The notes under the pieces are model-generated. The model was given only the letters and a program-made list of their open reading frames with translations, ran no database searches and was not told the origin of the DNA. The translations under genes were made by a program, and so were the position numbers. A stretch of 64,000 nucleotides of DNA from Cytophagales bacterium (GTDB lineage Bacteria; Bacteroidota; Bacteroidia; Cytophagales; VRUD01), in assembly GCA_019456305.1 (NCBI GenBank), contig VRUD01000008.1, positions 11,222 to 75,221 of the forward strand, read 5' to 3'. Below are positions 1-9,542 of this stretch, one piece after another; the first letter of the stretch is position 1, and the number at the start of each line of letters is the position of its first letter.

Positions 1-600
1 GGCGTGAGCTACAACTGGAGCCCTACAATAGGTTTGAGCAACCCTAACATCTTTGATCCGGTTGCCAGCCCGACATCAACAACCACTTATACGGTAACAG
101 TAACGGATGCTAACAGTTGTGTAAATATAGATTCTGTTGTAGTAACAGTAAATTCTTTACCTGTCGCAAACGCAGGAACAGATGTAAGTATTTGTACCGG
201 GGCAGGTACAACATTATCTGCTAGCGGGGGCGTGAGCTACAACTGGAGCCCTACAACAGGTTTGAGCAACCCTAACATCTTTGATCCGGTTGCCAGCCCA
301 ACATCAACCACCACTTATACGGTAACAGTAACGGATGCTAATAGTTGTGTAAATATAGATTCTGTAATAGTAACTGTAAATTCTTTACCTGCCGCCAACG
401 CAGGAACTGACGCCAGTATTTGCATTGGATCAGGTACAACATTATCTGCAAGCGGGGGCGTGAGCTACAACTGGAGCCCTACAACAGGTTTGAGTGACCC
501 CAATATCTTTAATCCGGTTGCCAGCCCGACATCAACCACTACTTACACGGTAACCGTAACAGATGCCAACGGTTGTGTAGATTCAGATTCAGTAGTAGTA
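1..600 (+). repeat. Intragenic 228-bp near-identical repeats
   Basis: GGCGTGAGCTACAACTGGAGCCCTACAA at 1, 229 and 457. Confidence 0.9.
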
Positions 601-2343
601 ACACTGTATCCGGTTATCATTATCAGTTCAGAAATACCGGCAGATGTTACTACTTGCGGAGGAAGTAATGGTACAATAACCATAATCGCATCAGGGGGTA
701 CCGGTACCTTAAGCTATTCCATAGACGGTGGAAGCACTTATCCAAATACAACAGGAGTTTTTACAAATTTGAGCACCGGCTTTTATGATGTAGCAGTACA
801 GGATACTAATCTATGTACACAATTGGGCAGTACTTTAATTATCAATGAGCCGTCATCAATAAGCATCAATTCAGAGCTTCCAACAGATGTAACGGGTTGT
901 AATAGTGATAGCAATGCAACGATCACAATAAACGCAACTGGTGGTACAGGAACATTAATTTATTCAATAGACGGAGGAGCCACCTATCCGAACAACACAG
1001 GTCTTTTTACAGGTTTAAGTGCAGGATCCTACAATATAGCGGTACAGGATTCAATTGGCTGTACGGCAATCGGAAGCACCTTAATTATCAATGAGCCGTT
1101 GATACTTAGTATCAGTTCGGAAGGAACAACAGATGTAACCGGTTGTAACGGGGATAGCACTGGAACGATCACAATAACAGCAAATGGCGGTACCGGAACA
1201 TTAAATTATTCAATAGATGGAGGAGCCACCTATCCGGATAGTACAGGATCTTTTATAGGTTTAAGTGCAGGAAACTACGATATAGCAGTACAGGATTCAA
1301 ACGGCTGTACAGCAATTGGAAGTACGGTAATGATCAACGAACCGGCAGCAATCAGCATTAATTCAGAGGTTCCAACAAATGTAACAACCTGCGGGGGTAG
1401 TGACGGAACAATAACAATAACGGCTTCCGGAGGAACAGGTACGCTGGAATACTCCGTAGATAACGGTATTACATTTCCAAATACTACGGGTATCTTTACC
1501 GGATTAACCGTGGGTAATTATAATGTAGTGGTTCAGGATTCAAATAGCTGTACCGTTATTGGAAGTACAGTAACGGTCAATGAGCCATCCACAGCTATAA
1601 TAACTTCAGAAGTAGCAATGGATATCACCTGCAATGGCTTGACTGATGGAACGATCACAATTATGGCAACAGGAGGAACTGGTGTTTTAAATTACTCAAT
1701 AGATGGGGGTACCACATTTTTAAATACCACTGGAATATTTACAGGTTTGGGAGCCGGCTCTTATAATATAGCCGTACAGGATTCCATCGGTTGTACCACT
1801 GCCGGTAGTATATTAATCATCTTTGAACCGGCAGCCACTGTTTTAACAACATTTTCACTCCCTGATACTTCAAGTGGTTCTGTAGGTATTGCCTGGGTAA
1901 CAGTATCAGGAGGCACCCCACCCTATTCATATCTATGGGATGCAGCAGCAGGTTCACAAAATACTGATACTGCTACCAGCTTGTCAGCAGGCACTTATAC
2001 AGTTGTTGTTGCTGACAGCAATGGCTGTATAGACAGTGCTGTTGTTACAGTTTCTGAAGTTACAGGAATTTCCAATCTTCAATTTTCAACCTTCAATTTT
2101 CAGGTTTATCCCAATCCGAACAACGGTAATTTTGAGATCATGATTGAAGGGCTAAATGAAACCGTTGAATTATCAATGACAGATATGCTGGGTAAGGTTG
2201 TATTCTTTGGTGTTTTGAATAATGAAAATGGTGTTATTAAATCAACAATTAACACCAAATATCTACCAGGGGGAATGTATTTTGTCAAAATTACTTCTTC
2301 AAACAACCGGCATGCTTTAATTAAAAAAGTAACAATCTATTGA
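1..2343 (+). CDS. Large T9SS-secreted repeat protein (PKD-like and SprB-like repeats), 5'-truncated by window edge
   Basis: Frame open from base 1; 76-aa repeats then GGTG..YSIDGG repeats; C-terminal VYPNP...GMYFVKI T9SS type A sorting domain. Confidence 0.85.
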   Translation, partial: GVSYNWSPTIGLSNPNIFDPVASPTSTTTYTVTVTDANSCVNIDSVVVTVNSLPVANAGTDVSICTGAGTTLSASGGVSYNWSPTTGLSNPNIFDPVASPTSTTTYTVTVTDANSCVNIDSVIVTVNSLPAANAGTDASICIGSGTTLSASGGVSYNWSPTTGLSDPNIFNPVASPTSTTTYTVTVTDANGCVDSDSVVVTLYPVIIISSEIPADVTTCGGSNGTITIIASGGTGTLSYSIDGGSTYPNTTGVFTNLSTGFYDVAVQDTNLCTQLGSTLIINEPSSISINSELPTDVTGCNSDSNATITINATGGTGTLIYSIDGGATYPNNTGLFTGLSAGSYNIAVQDSIGCTAIGSTLIINEPLILSISSEGTTDVTGCNGDSTGTITITANGGTGTLNYSIDGGATYPDSTGSFIGLSAGNYDIAVQDSNGCTAIGSTVMINEPAAISINSEVPTNVTTCGGSDGTITITASGGTGTLEYSVDNGITFPNTTGIFTGLTVGNYNVVVQDSNSCTVIGSTVTVNEPSTAIITSEVAMDITCNGLTDGTITIMATGGTGVLNYSIDGGTTFLNTTGIFTGLGAGSYNIAVQDSIGCTTAGSILIIFEPAATVLTTFSLPDTSSGSVGIAWVTVSGGTPPYSYLWDAAAGSQNTDTATSLSAGTYTVVVADSNGCIDSAVVTVSEVTGISNLQFSTFNFQVYPNPNNGNFEIMIEGLNETVELSMTDMLGKVVFFGVLNNENGVIKSTINTKYLPGGMYFVKITSSNNRHALIKKVTIY

Positions 2344-2355
2344 TTTTTTCTGCAT

Positions 2356-3561
2356 ATGTCAACCAAACCCCTCCATGGAGTTAGGATAGTAGACCTCACC
2401 CGGCTCCTGCCGGGCCCTATGTGCACCTTACACTTAGCCGATATGGGCGCTGATGTGATAAAAATTGAAGATACCAAAATGGGAGATTATGCCCGGTCAA
2501 TCCCCCCTATGCAAAAGAAGAATTCCTCTTTTTTTTTAGCAGTCAACCGAAATAAACGCTCTGTAGCGCTCGACCTGGCAAAGGAAGAAGGCAGACAAGT
2601 GTTTCTTAAATTATCTGAAACTGCAGATGTGATCGTAGAGAGCTTTCGTCCGGGAGTGGTAAAGAAACTCGGCATTGACTACGAAACCATTAAAAAAGTT
2701 AACCCCAAAATAATTTATTGCTCTATCTCAGGCTATGGGCAAACGGGACCTTACCGGGATAAGGCAGGTCATGATCTAAACTACTGTTCCAATGCAGGTA
2801 TTATTAAACCAGTTGGCAGTAGGCAGTTGGCAGTTGGCAATCGGCAAACCCCGGTACCTTCAATACCAAACTTTCAGATTGGTGACATTGTTGGTGGTTC
2901 ACTAAATGCTGCAATGGGGATCCTGGCTGCCCTGATCCAGCAAAAAACAACCGGTGTAGGCCAGTATATTGATGTATCAATTTTTGACGGGGTTTTGGCG
3001 CATTCCGTCACCGCATTAGCACACTTAAAAAGCATAGAAAGACTGGGTTTTGATACCTCCGATATGCTAAATGGGGCTTTGCATTGCTATAACATTTATG
3101 AAACAAAAGATTCCCGGTATATTGCATTGGCAGCGCTGGAATTTAAATTCTGGGAACGCTTTTGTGAGGCTGTAGGGAGGGATGATCTTACTGATAGTCA
3201 CATGGTTTCTGGTGACGAGGCAGAAAAAGTCTACAAAGAACTTTCTGAATTATTTAAGACCAAAACACTCGAACAATGGATGGATCATTTCAAAGATATT
3301 GATTGCTGCATATCCCCGGTGCTATCATTATCTGAAACCATAAAAAATGAACAGGTCGTGGCAAGAAATACAGTAGTTATTAAAGAACATCCTGAAGAAG
3401 GAGACGTTATCCAGTTTTCTTTGCCGTTAAAATTTAGTAGTTTTGAATTTGAAATTAAGAAACCAGCGCCTTTGCATGGAGAGCATACGGAGGAAGTTTT
3501 AGCTGATCTGGGATATTCGAAAAGAAAGATTGAAGAGTGGAAAATTAAAAATATTATTTAA
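2356..3561 (+). CDS. CaiB/BaiF family III CoA-transferase
   Basis: PLHGVRIVDLTRLLPGP, LADMGADVIKIE, NRNKRSVALDL, ESFRPGV, GHDLNY motifs. Confidence 0.92.
   Translation: MSTKPLHGVRIVDLTRLLPGPMCTLHLADMGADVIKIEDTKMGDYARSIPPMQKKNSSFFLAVNRNKRSVALDLAKEEGRQVFLKLSETADVIVESFRPGVVKKLGIDYETIKKVNPKIIYCSISGYGQTGPYRDKAGHDLNYCSNAGIIKPVGSRQLAVGNRQTPVPSIPNFQIGDIVGGSLNAAMGILAALIQQKTTGVGQYIDVSIFDGVLAHSVTALAHLKSIERLGFDTSDMLNGALHCYNIYETKDSRYIALAALEFKFWERFCEAVGRDDLTDSHMVSGDEAEKVYKELSELFKTKTLEQWMDHFKDIDCCISPVLSLSETIKNEQVVARNTVVIKEHPEEGDVIQFSLPLKFSSFEFEIKKPAPLHGEHTEEVLADLGYSKRKIEEWKIKNII
2810..2846. repeat. CAGTTGG heptamer array inside the CoA-transferase CDS
   Basis: cagttgg cagtagg cagttgg cagttgg caatcgg; encodes PVGSRQLAVGNRQ. 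Confidence 0.85.
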
Positions 3562-3601
3562 TTTTATTCGTAAATCGTCATTCGTAAATCGTAAATAAAT
3601 T

Positions 3602-4834
3602 ATGATCCCACGCACACTTTTCACAGAAGAACATGATCTTGTAAGAAAAAGCATTAGTGATTTTTTTCAAAAAGAGATCGTCCCTTTTCACGACCAATGG
3701 GAAACAGACGGTCATATTTCACGGGACGCCTGGCTTAAAACCGGTGAAGCGGGTTTTTTATGCACTGAGATACCTGAGGAATATGGTGGAAGCGGTTTGA
3801 ATTTTCTTTACAGCACCATTCTCATAGAAGAGCTTTGCAAAACAGGCTGCACCGGACCGGGTTTTGCGGTTCATTCTGATATCGTTACTCCCTACATTCT
3901 GCATCAGGGCACTGAGGCACAAAAGAAAAAATGGCTCCCGAAAATGGCAGCCGGTGAGGTGATAAGCGCTATTGCCATGTCAGAACCAGGAGCCGGCAGT
4001 GACCTGCAGGCAATCAAAACCACGGCAATAAAACAAGGAGATGATTATATTGTAAACGGCTCTAAAACTTTTATAACCAATGGTTATATGTCAGACCTGG
4101 TGGTGGTGGTTGTCAAAACTGATCCCAAAGCCGAAGCTAAAGGGATCAGTCTGTTACTGATGGAATCCGGGATGGAGAAGCCCCCCTTAGTCCCCCCGAA
4201 GGGGGGAAACAAAAAGTCCTCCCGAGTACTCGGAAGGGATTTAGGGGGGCTTCTGATGGAAGGTTTTACAAAGGGCAAGCCCTTAAAAAAGATAGGCATG
4301 AAAGCCCAGGATACCTGTGAGCTGTTTTTTGACAATGTAAAAGTGCCCCAAACCAATCTGCTTGGCAAAGAGGGGGAAGGATTTGCTTATTTAATGCAGG
4401 AGCTGCCGCAGGAAAGATTGCTGGTAGGTATTATAGCTGTGGTAGTGGCAGAAACTGCACTTGAAAAGACCATTCAATACACAAAAGATAGAGCCGCTTT
4501 TGGAAGGCCGATTGCAAAATTTCAGAACACCCGTTTCAAATTAGCCGAAATGGCTACCGAGATCCAGATCGGAAGAACCTTTGTTGATAAATGCATCGAA
4601 CTGCACCTCAAACATGAACTGGACGCTCCAACTGCTGCTATGGTAAAATATGCTATGTCTGATCTGCAGTGCAAAGTGGTAGATGAATGCCTGCAATTTC
4701 ATGGTGGATATGGCTATATGTGGGAATATTGGATAGCCCGCGCCTATGCCGACAGCCGGGCGCAAAGGATTTATGCGGGGGCGAATGAGATTATGAAGGA
4801 GATTATTGCCAGGAAGATAATAGACAATAGTTAG
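3602..4834 (+). CDS. Acyl-CoA dehydrogenase (long-chain type) with a 28-aa in-frame insertion
   Basis: AMSEPGAGSDL, NGSKTFITNG, QFHGGYGY, RIYAGANEIMK motifs. Confidence 0.93.
   Translation: MIPRTLFTEEHDLVRKSISDFFQKEIVPFHDQWETDGHISRDAWLKTGEAGFLCTEIPEEYGGSGLNFLYSTILIEELCKTGCTGPGFAVHSDIVTPYILHQGTEAQKKKWLPKMAAGEVISAIAMSEPGAGSDLQAIKTTAIKQGDDYIVNGSKTFITNGYMSDLVVVVVKTDPKAEAKGISLLLMESGMEKPPLVPPKGGNKKSSRVLGRDLGGLLMEGFTKGKPLKKIGMKAQDTCELFFDNVKVPQTNLLGKEGEGFAYLMQELPQERLLVGIIAVVVAETALEKTIQYTKDRAAFGRPIAKFQNTRFKLAEMATEIQIGRTFVDKCIELHLKHELDAPTAAMVKYAMSDLQCKVVDECLQFHGGYGYMWEYWIARAYADSRAQRIYAGANEIMKEIIARKIIDNS
4176..4254. mobile_element. 79-bp palindromic REP/MITE-like insertion with 5-bp target duplication GATGG
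   Basis: AGAAGCCCCCC...GGGGGGCTTCT ends flanked by GATGG at 4171-4175 and 4255-4259; internal CCCGAGTACTCGG. Confidence 0.85.
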
Positions 4835-4864
4835 GGGCAATTTAATAAGGGACAATGACACGTA

Positions 4865-5344
4865 ATGAAAAAACTAATTTCACTGACAATTGGATTGGGG
4901 CTTTGTATAATGACACTTTACGGACAAGACCATAATGATCTTCACGACACAGACGACCACAGACACCACATTGGACTTGCCGGTGGACTTGCATCCGTCC
5001 TGACAGAAAATGACTTGGCTGCAGGAGTACACATACATTACACTTACCTCTTTGACATTAGAAACGTAAATCTTGGGACAGGTTTGGGCTTCGAGACAAT
5101 TCTGGACGAGCATAAACATTATGCTGCTTTCATAAACCTGACTTACCTTCCGACACATGCACTATCAATCACCGTTGCGCCAGGATTTGTTTTCGTACAA
5201 AATACGACCGACTTTTCAGTACACCTTGAGACCGCTTACGGCTTTGAGTTTAACAAAATACACATAGGGCCGACATTCGAGTTTGCCTATGCAAAAGACG
5301 ACATACATCTAATGCTTGGATTACACGTAGGATTTGGACTATAA
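4865..5344 (+). CDS. Hypothetical exported protein, His-rich N-terminus, probable small outer-membrane beta-barrel
   Basis: Signal peptide; alternating beta-strand pattern; ends in LHVGFGL. Confidence 0.65.
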   Translation: MKKLISLTIGLGLCIMTLYGQDHNDLHDTDDHRHHIGLAGGLASVLTENDLAAGVHIHYTYLFDIRNVNLGTGLGFETILDEHKHYAAFINLTYLPTHALSITVAPGFVFVQNTTDFSVHLETAYGFEFNKIHIGPTFEFAYAKDDIHLMLGLHVGFGL

Positions 5345-5452
5345 AAAACAATTAATCTATTGTCTTATTGTCTACTGTCTACTGTTCAGTTTTCGATATT
5401 TTCTTATTTTTATAATTTTTTTTATTATCTTTACCCCCAACATTATCAAATT

Positions 5453-6325
5453 ATGGAATCAAGCATTATCACAGACGTTTTTCTTCCGGCAGCCTTAGCT
5501 ATCATCATGCTGGGGATGGGATTAGCCCTGGTGATGGATGATTTTAAAAGGGTAGTGTTGTATCCTAAGGCAGTTGCTCTTGGATTAACCAACCAGCTTA
5601 TCCTTTTACCTTTAATAGGATTTCTTTTTGCCTGGTTATTTCCTTTAAAACCTGAATTAGCGGTGGGGATTATGATATTAGCCGCTTCACCGGGCGGTGT
5701 TACCTCGAATTTAATCAGCCATGTATCAAAGGGAGATACAGCTCTCTCCATTACTTTGACTGCCATAAGCAGCCTGTTCACAATTATTACCATTCCATTT
5801 ATAATCAATTTTGCCCTGGATTATTTTATGACTGGAGGAGAGGTAATCAAATTAGATGTACCGAAAACCATCCTGACAATATTGCTGATCACTGTTGTAC
5901 CGGTATCAATAGGGATGCTTATCCGCCACTTTGCACCGGGTTTTGCAGAAAAAATGAACAAACCCGTTAAGATTATGTCTGTGGTTTTTCTGGCTTTGAT
6001 CATAGCTGGTCTTCTTCTAAAAGAAAAAGAAAACGTGGTTTATTATTTCAAACAAGTTGGATTGGTAGTCCTTGCCTTAAATGTTACAACCATGCTGGCA
6101 GGATTTTATACCGCAAAGTTGTTTAAATTGAATTTACCGCAGTCAATCACCATATCAATAGAATCAGGGATCCAAAACGGCACATTAGCTATATTTATCG
6201 CCCTTTCAATCCTTCACAACTCACAAATGTCTATCACACCCGCTATCTACAGCCTGATCATGTTTGTCACCGGTGGGTTTATGATGTTTTACTTCGGACT
6301 CAGAGCGCATGGCAGTAGACAATAG
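5453..6325 (+). CDS. Bile acid:sodium symporter family transporter
   Basis: IMLGMGL, SPGGVTSN, KGDTALS, ESGIQNG motifs; start placed at ATG 5453. Confidence 0.9.
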   Translation: MESSIITDVFLPAALAIIMLGMGLALVMDDFKRVVLYPKAVALGLTNQLILLPLIGFLFAWLFPLKPELAVGIMILAASPGGVTSNLISHVSKGDTALSITLTAISSLFTIITIPFIINFALDYFMTGGEVIKLDVPKTILTILLITVVPVSIGMLIRHFAPGFAEKMNKPVKIMSVVFLALIIAGLLLKEKENVVYYFKQVGLVVLALNVTTMLAGFYTAKLFKLNLPQSITISIESGIQNGTLAIFIALSILHNSQMSITPAIYSLIMFVTGGFMMFYFGLRAHGSRQ

Positions 6326-6614
6326 ACAGTAGACAAAAGACAAATAGACAATAAACAAGACAATTGCAATCAAGTTATAATAGAATATTATGTTTAAATT
6401 TAAAGAATTAACCGTGTAAATATATTTCTGAAAAAACTAAAAATGATTGGTTTGAAAAAGAACACGAGATTGGTAAAATGTTAAATCATATGATAAATTA
6501 TCCTGAAAAATATACACGTAAAAAAAACAATTAATCTATTGTCTTATTGTCCATTGTCTACTGTCTATTGTCTACTGTCTATTGTCTACTGTCTATTGTC
6601 TACTGCCATGCGCT
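6304..6614. mobile_element. Inverted heptamer-array element (AGACAAT/AGACAGT arms) enclosing a four-helix-bundle gene remnant
   Basis: 33-bp perfect inverted repeat at 6304-6336 and 6582-6614. Confidence 0.8.
6390..6534 (+). pseudogene. Internally deleted four-helix-bundle (23S rRNA IVP-like) gene
   Basis: MFKFKELTV joined out of frame to CKYISEK...EIGKMLNHMINYPEKY; both resemble the termini of this family. Confidence 0.65.
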
Positions 6615-6626
6615 ATGCACTCATAA

Positions 6627-7799
6627 TTGAACCGATTCAAAACGAAACTATTGGAAAATAACAGCAATAACCCCAGTACCTTTCTCATCTACGGCTGTAA
6701 TGGATACACCGGCAAATTGATCACCGAAATGGCTGTAAAAAAAGGTTTAAAGCCCATATTAGGAGGAAGAAATAAGGATAAAGTAGCAGAATTAGCCAAA
6801 CGGCATGGCCTTCATCACTTGGTATTCGATCTTGAAGATGAAGAAAAGATAGAAAATGCTTTAAACGGCAGGGCCAAAGCTGTACTGCATTGTGCCGGGC
6901 CCTTTTCCCGTACTGCTAAAAAAATGGTAAAAGCCTGCCTGAAAACGTCTGTCCATTATATAGATATAACAGGTGAGATGATCATTTTTGAAACTTTGCA
7001 AAGCTATGATGAAGTTGCCAAAGAAAAACAAATAATGATCTTACCGGGAGCAGGATTTGATGTGGTTCCTTCGGATTGCCTGGCGCTCTATCTGAAAAAC
7101 AAAATGTCCACGACCGCCACACATCTCGATTTGGCGATCATGTCAAGGGGTGGCATTTCGCAAGGCACAGCGCAAACCATTATTGAAAATATTTCAAAAA
7201 AAGGCGCCATAAGATTGAATGGAGAAATATTAAAAGTTCCCCACGCTTACGCATCCCGACATGACATTTCTTTTCCTTTTAGAAATGTCATCCCGAGTAC
7301 TCGGGATGACATTTCGACAAATTATACAGGCGTAACCGTACCTTTAGGAGATCTTTTTTCAGCTTACCTCAGCACAGGCATTCCAAATATTACAACTTAC
7401 TTTATTGTAAAACCCGCAATGGTCAAATGGATGAAGAAGATCAATTTTTTGGGTTGGATCTTTAAAAACCCATTGATACACAATTTTGTAAAAAACAGGA
7501 TCACCAAAAATCAGCCTGGCCCGACTGAAGAACAAAGAAATACAGCGCAGAGTTATGTATGGGGAGAGGTTAGGTCAGTTGACAGTAAACAGTTGGCAAT
7601 TGACAATAAAGAAAAAAGTGAACCTGTAAGAGCGATATTAAAATTACCTGACGCTTACAAATTAACGGCACTCACCTCCCTAAAAATAATAGAAAAAATC
7701 TTAGCGGGAAATTTTAAAGCGGGTTATCAAACTCCGGCAACAGCTTACGGTGAAGAGCTTATTATGGAGATTGAGGGGGTGGAGAGAGTGGATATGTAG
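6627..7799 (+). CDS. Saccharopine dehydrogenase-like / trans-acting enoyl reductase family protein
   Basis: IYGCNGYTG, HCAGPF, YIDITGE, GFDVVPSD, GYQTPATAYG motifs. Confidence 0.88.
   Translation: MNRFKTKLLENNSNNPSTFLIYGCNGYTGKLITEMAVKKGLKPILGGRNKDKVAELAKRHGLHHLVFDLEDEEKIENALNGRAKAVLHCAGPFSRTAKKMVKACLKTSVHYIDITGEMIIFETLQSYDEVAKEKQIMILPGAGFDVVPSDCLALYLKNKMSTTATHLDLAIMSRGGISQGTAQTIIENISKKGAIRLNGEILKVPHAYASRHDISFPFRNVIPSTRDDISTNYTGVTVPLGDLFSAYLSTGIPNITTYFIVKPAMVKWMKKINFLGWIFKNPLIHNFVKNRITKNQPGPTEEQRNTAQSYVWGEVRSVDSKQLAIDNKEKSEPVRAILKLPDAYKLTALTSLKIIEKILAGNFKAGYQTPATAYGEELIMEIEGVERVDM
7282..7315. repeat. 34-bp perfect palindrome inside the CDS
   Basis: GAAATGTCATCCCGAGTACTCGGGATGACATTTC. Confidence 0.92.
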
Positions 7800-7925
7800 C
7801 TTGGATTGTTGATCTCAGGTTACTCGGGATGGTGAAAATTATCAAAAATAAATATACACAGTCCCGATTTTATCGGGACTTTTATGCAGTTTTTCAAAGC
7901 CTTCTGAAATTTCATTATTTTTTGC

Positions 7926-7933
7926 TATCTTTG
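7926..7933 (+). promoter_or_regulatory. Bacteroidota -7 promoter element
   Basis: TATCTTTG matches TAnnTTTG upstream of the 8008 gene. Confidence 0.5.
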
Positions 7934-7979
7934 TGCTATGGATATGAACGAAGCACAGAAGCCCACACGCCTGATAGCC

Positions 7980-9427
7980 GTTATCGGTTATTTTAAAACT
8001 AACGACAATGAAAAAACTTACGACATTAGTTCTAATTCTTGTAACAGGAATTATTACTGCAAAAGGACAATGCACTTGTAATTATTCTTATAGCGGAACA
8101 ACTGACACGCTGACTTTTACTAATCTTTCAGTTGTTTCTAATGCGCATTACTATTGGAACTTTGGTGACGGTTCTGGTTCTAATTCAGTTTCTCCAATCC
8201 ATGTTTTTCCGGACAACGGAGAATATTTGGTTACGCTATACGGACTTGACACAGTTTCAAATTGTGTAGACAGATATGAGAGTTGGATTACCGTTATAAA
8301 ATCCGACACCATTACTTGTAATGTTTTATTTTCTGATACAATAATTGGAACATATCTTCAAACTACAAATTTATCTACAAATTGTTCAGGCGCTAATACT
8401 AATTGTCATGTTGCTGGACCTGCACAAAATTATTGTGGTTCGGTTGGGCTTGGTGGCTGGGGTTCTTCTTTATTTCTTCACGGGATGCGTGCAACTACAA
8501 ATGACAGTATAAACGGATACAGAATTTTAAAGGAGTATTACAAGACACTTCCATACCAATATACTTCAGCTATTAATTATCAAAATTGCTCTGCAAACTT
8601 TGAAGTAATTATTGACTACCAAATAGATGGAGCGATTGTGACACTTACTGCTATGAATAAAAATGCAACGAGTTACAGTTTTTATTTGACAGGTTTTGGT
8701 AATCCAATTCTTCTTAGCGGACAATCTGTTTCATATTTATTTCCTTATGTTAACTATACAAAAGCCAAACCTTGGATTGTTTATCTCATTACGAACGACA
8801 ATATTAACAGTTGTTCGGATACAATCACGCAACAAATTCTTGTTAAAAATCCATATTACACTTTTCCCATAAGTTGCGCTATTTACTCACAACCACAGAA
8901 TCAAGCTGCAATTATAGGTTCAAATGCACAGTTTGCAATTTCAGCATCAGCTAATGCTTATTATAGGTGGCAACAAGATGCAGGATTAGGATATGTAAAC
9001 TTAACAAATGCTGGGCCTTATAGTGGAGTGTATACCGACACCTTGACAATTTCTAACGTTCAATTAATTATGAACAACTACAACTATCATTGTATAGTTT
9101 ATGATAGTTTAGGAGGTTGTAATAATACAAGTTCGTCTGCTGTGTTAACTATTCCACTCGGAATTTCTGAAATAGAATTGATGAATATTAAAATTTATCC
9201 TAATCCAGCAACAGATATTTTGACTTTAATATTTCCAAACAATAAATCAAACACAGAAATTGAGATTTACAATTTGCTCGGAGAAAAAGAAATTTATTCA
9301 GAAGCAACAGGACAGCAAACAAACATTGACATTGCAGATCTGACAGCAGGTATTTATTTTATTAAAGTAAAATCGGATAATAAAATAAACCGACAGAAGT
9401 TCATCAAACAACAAAACAACCGATAAC
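7980..9427 (+). mobile_element. Solo integron-like gene cassette
   Basis: Starts GTTATCGGTTATTTT and ends AAAACAACCGATAAC (reverse complements, 1 mismatch), enclosing one ORF. Confidence 0.6.
8008..9426 (+). CDS. T9SS-secreted PKD/Ig-domain protein
   Basis: Signal peptide; WNFGDGS PKD motif; QPQNQ...YRWQ Ig-like domain; IYPNPA...GIYFIKV CTD. Confidence 0.85.
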   Translation: MKKLTTLVLILVTGIITAKGQCTCNYSYSGTTDTLTFTNLSVVSNAHYYWNFGDGSGSNSVSPIHVFPDNGEYLVTLYGLDTVSNCVDRYESWITVIKSDTITCNVLFSDTIIGTYLQTTNLSTNCSGANTNCHVAGPAQNYCGSVGLGGWGSSLFLHGMRATTNDSINGYRILKEYYKTLPYQYTSAINYQNCSANFEVIIDYQIDGAIVTLTAMNKNATSYSFYLTGFGNPILLSGQSVSYLFPYVNYTKAKPWIVYLITNDNINSCSDTITQQILVKNPYYTFPISCAIYSQPQNQAAIIGSNAQFAISASANAYYRWQQDAGLGYVNLTNAGPYSGVYTDTLTISNVQLIMNNYNYHCIVYDSLGGCNNTSSSAVLTIPLGISEIELMNIKIYPNPATDILTLIFPNNKSNTEIEIYNLLGEKEIYSEATGQQTNIDIADLTAGIYFIKVKSDNKINRQKFIKQQNNR

Positions 9428-9542
9428 AACCAATGGTAAAAGACTGTAAACTATGGGATTGACAGAGATAAAAAAAACTTAAAAAAAACAATTATTACTT
9501 ACTTTTGAGAAAAATATTTTATAACCTGTATTATCTGTGTCT

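Noticed and set aside
5360..5452. Extended N-termini in the ORF track (5360, 18348, 19058, 25864, 26206, 57542, 63014)
   Set aside because: The extensions run through repeats, promoters or neighbouring genes; downstream starts fit the family N-termini better.
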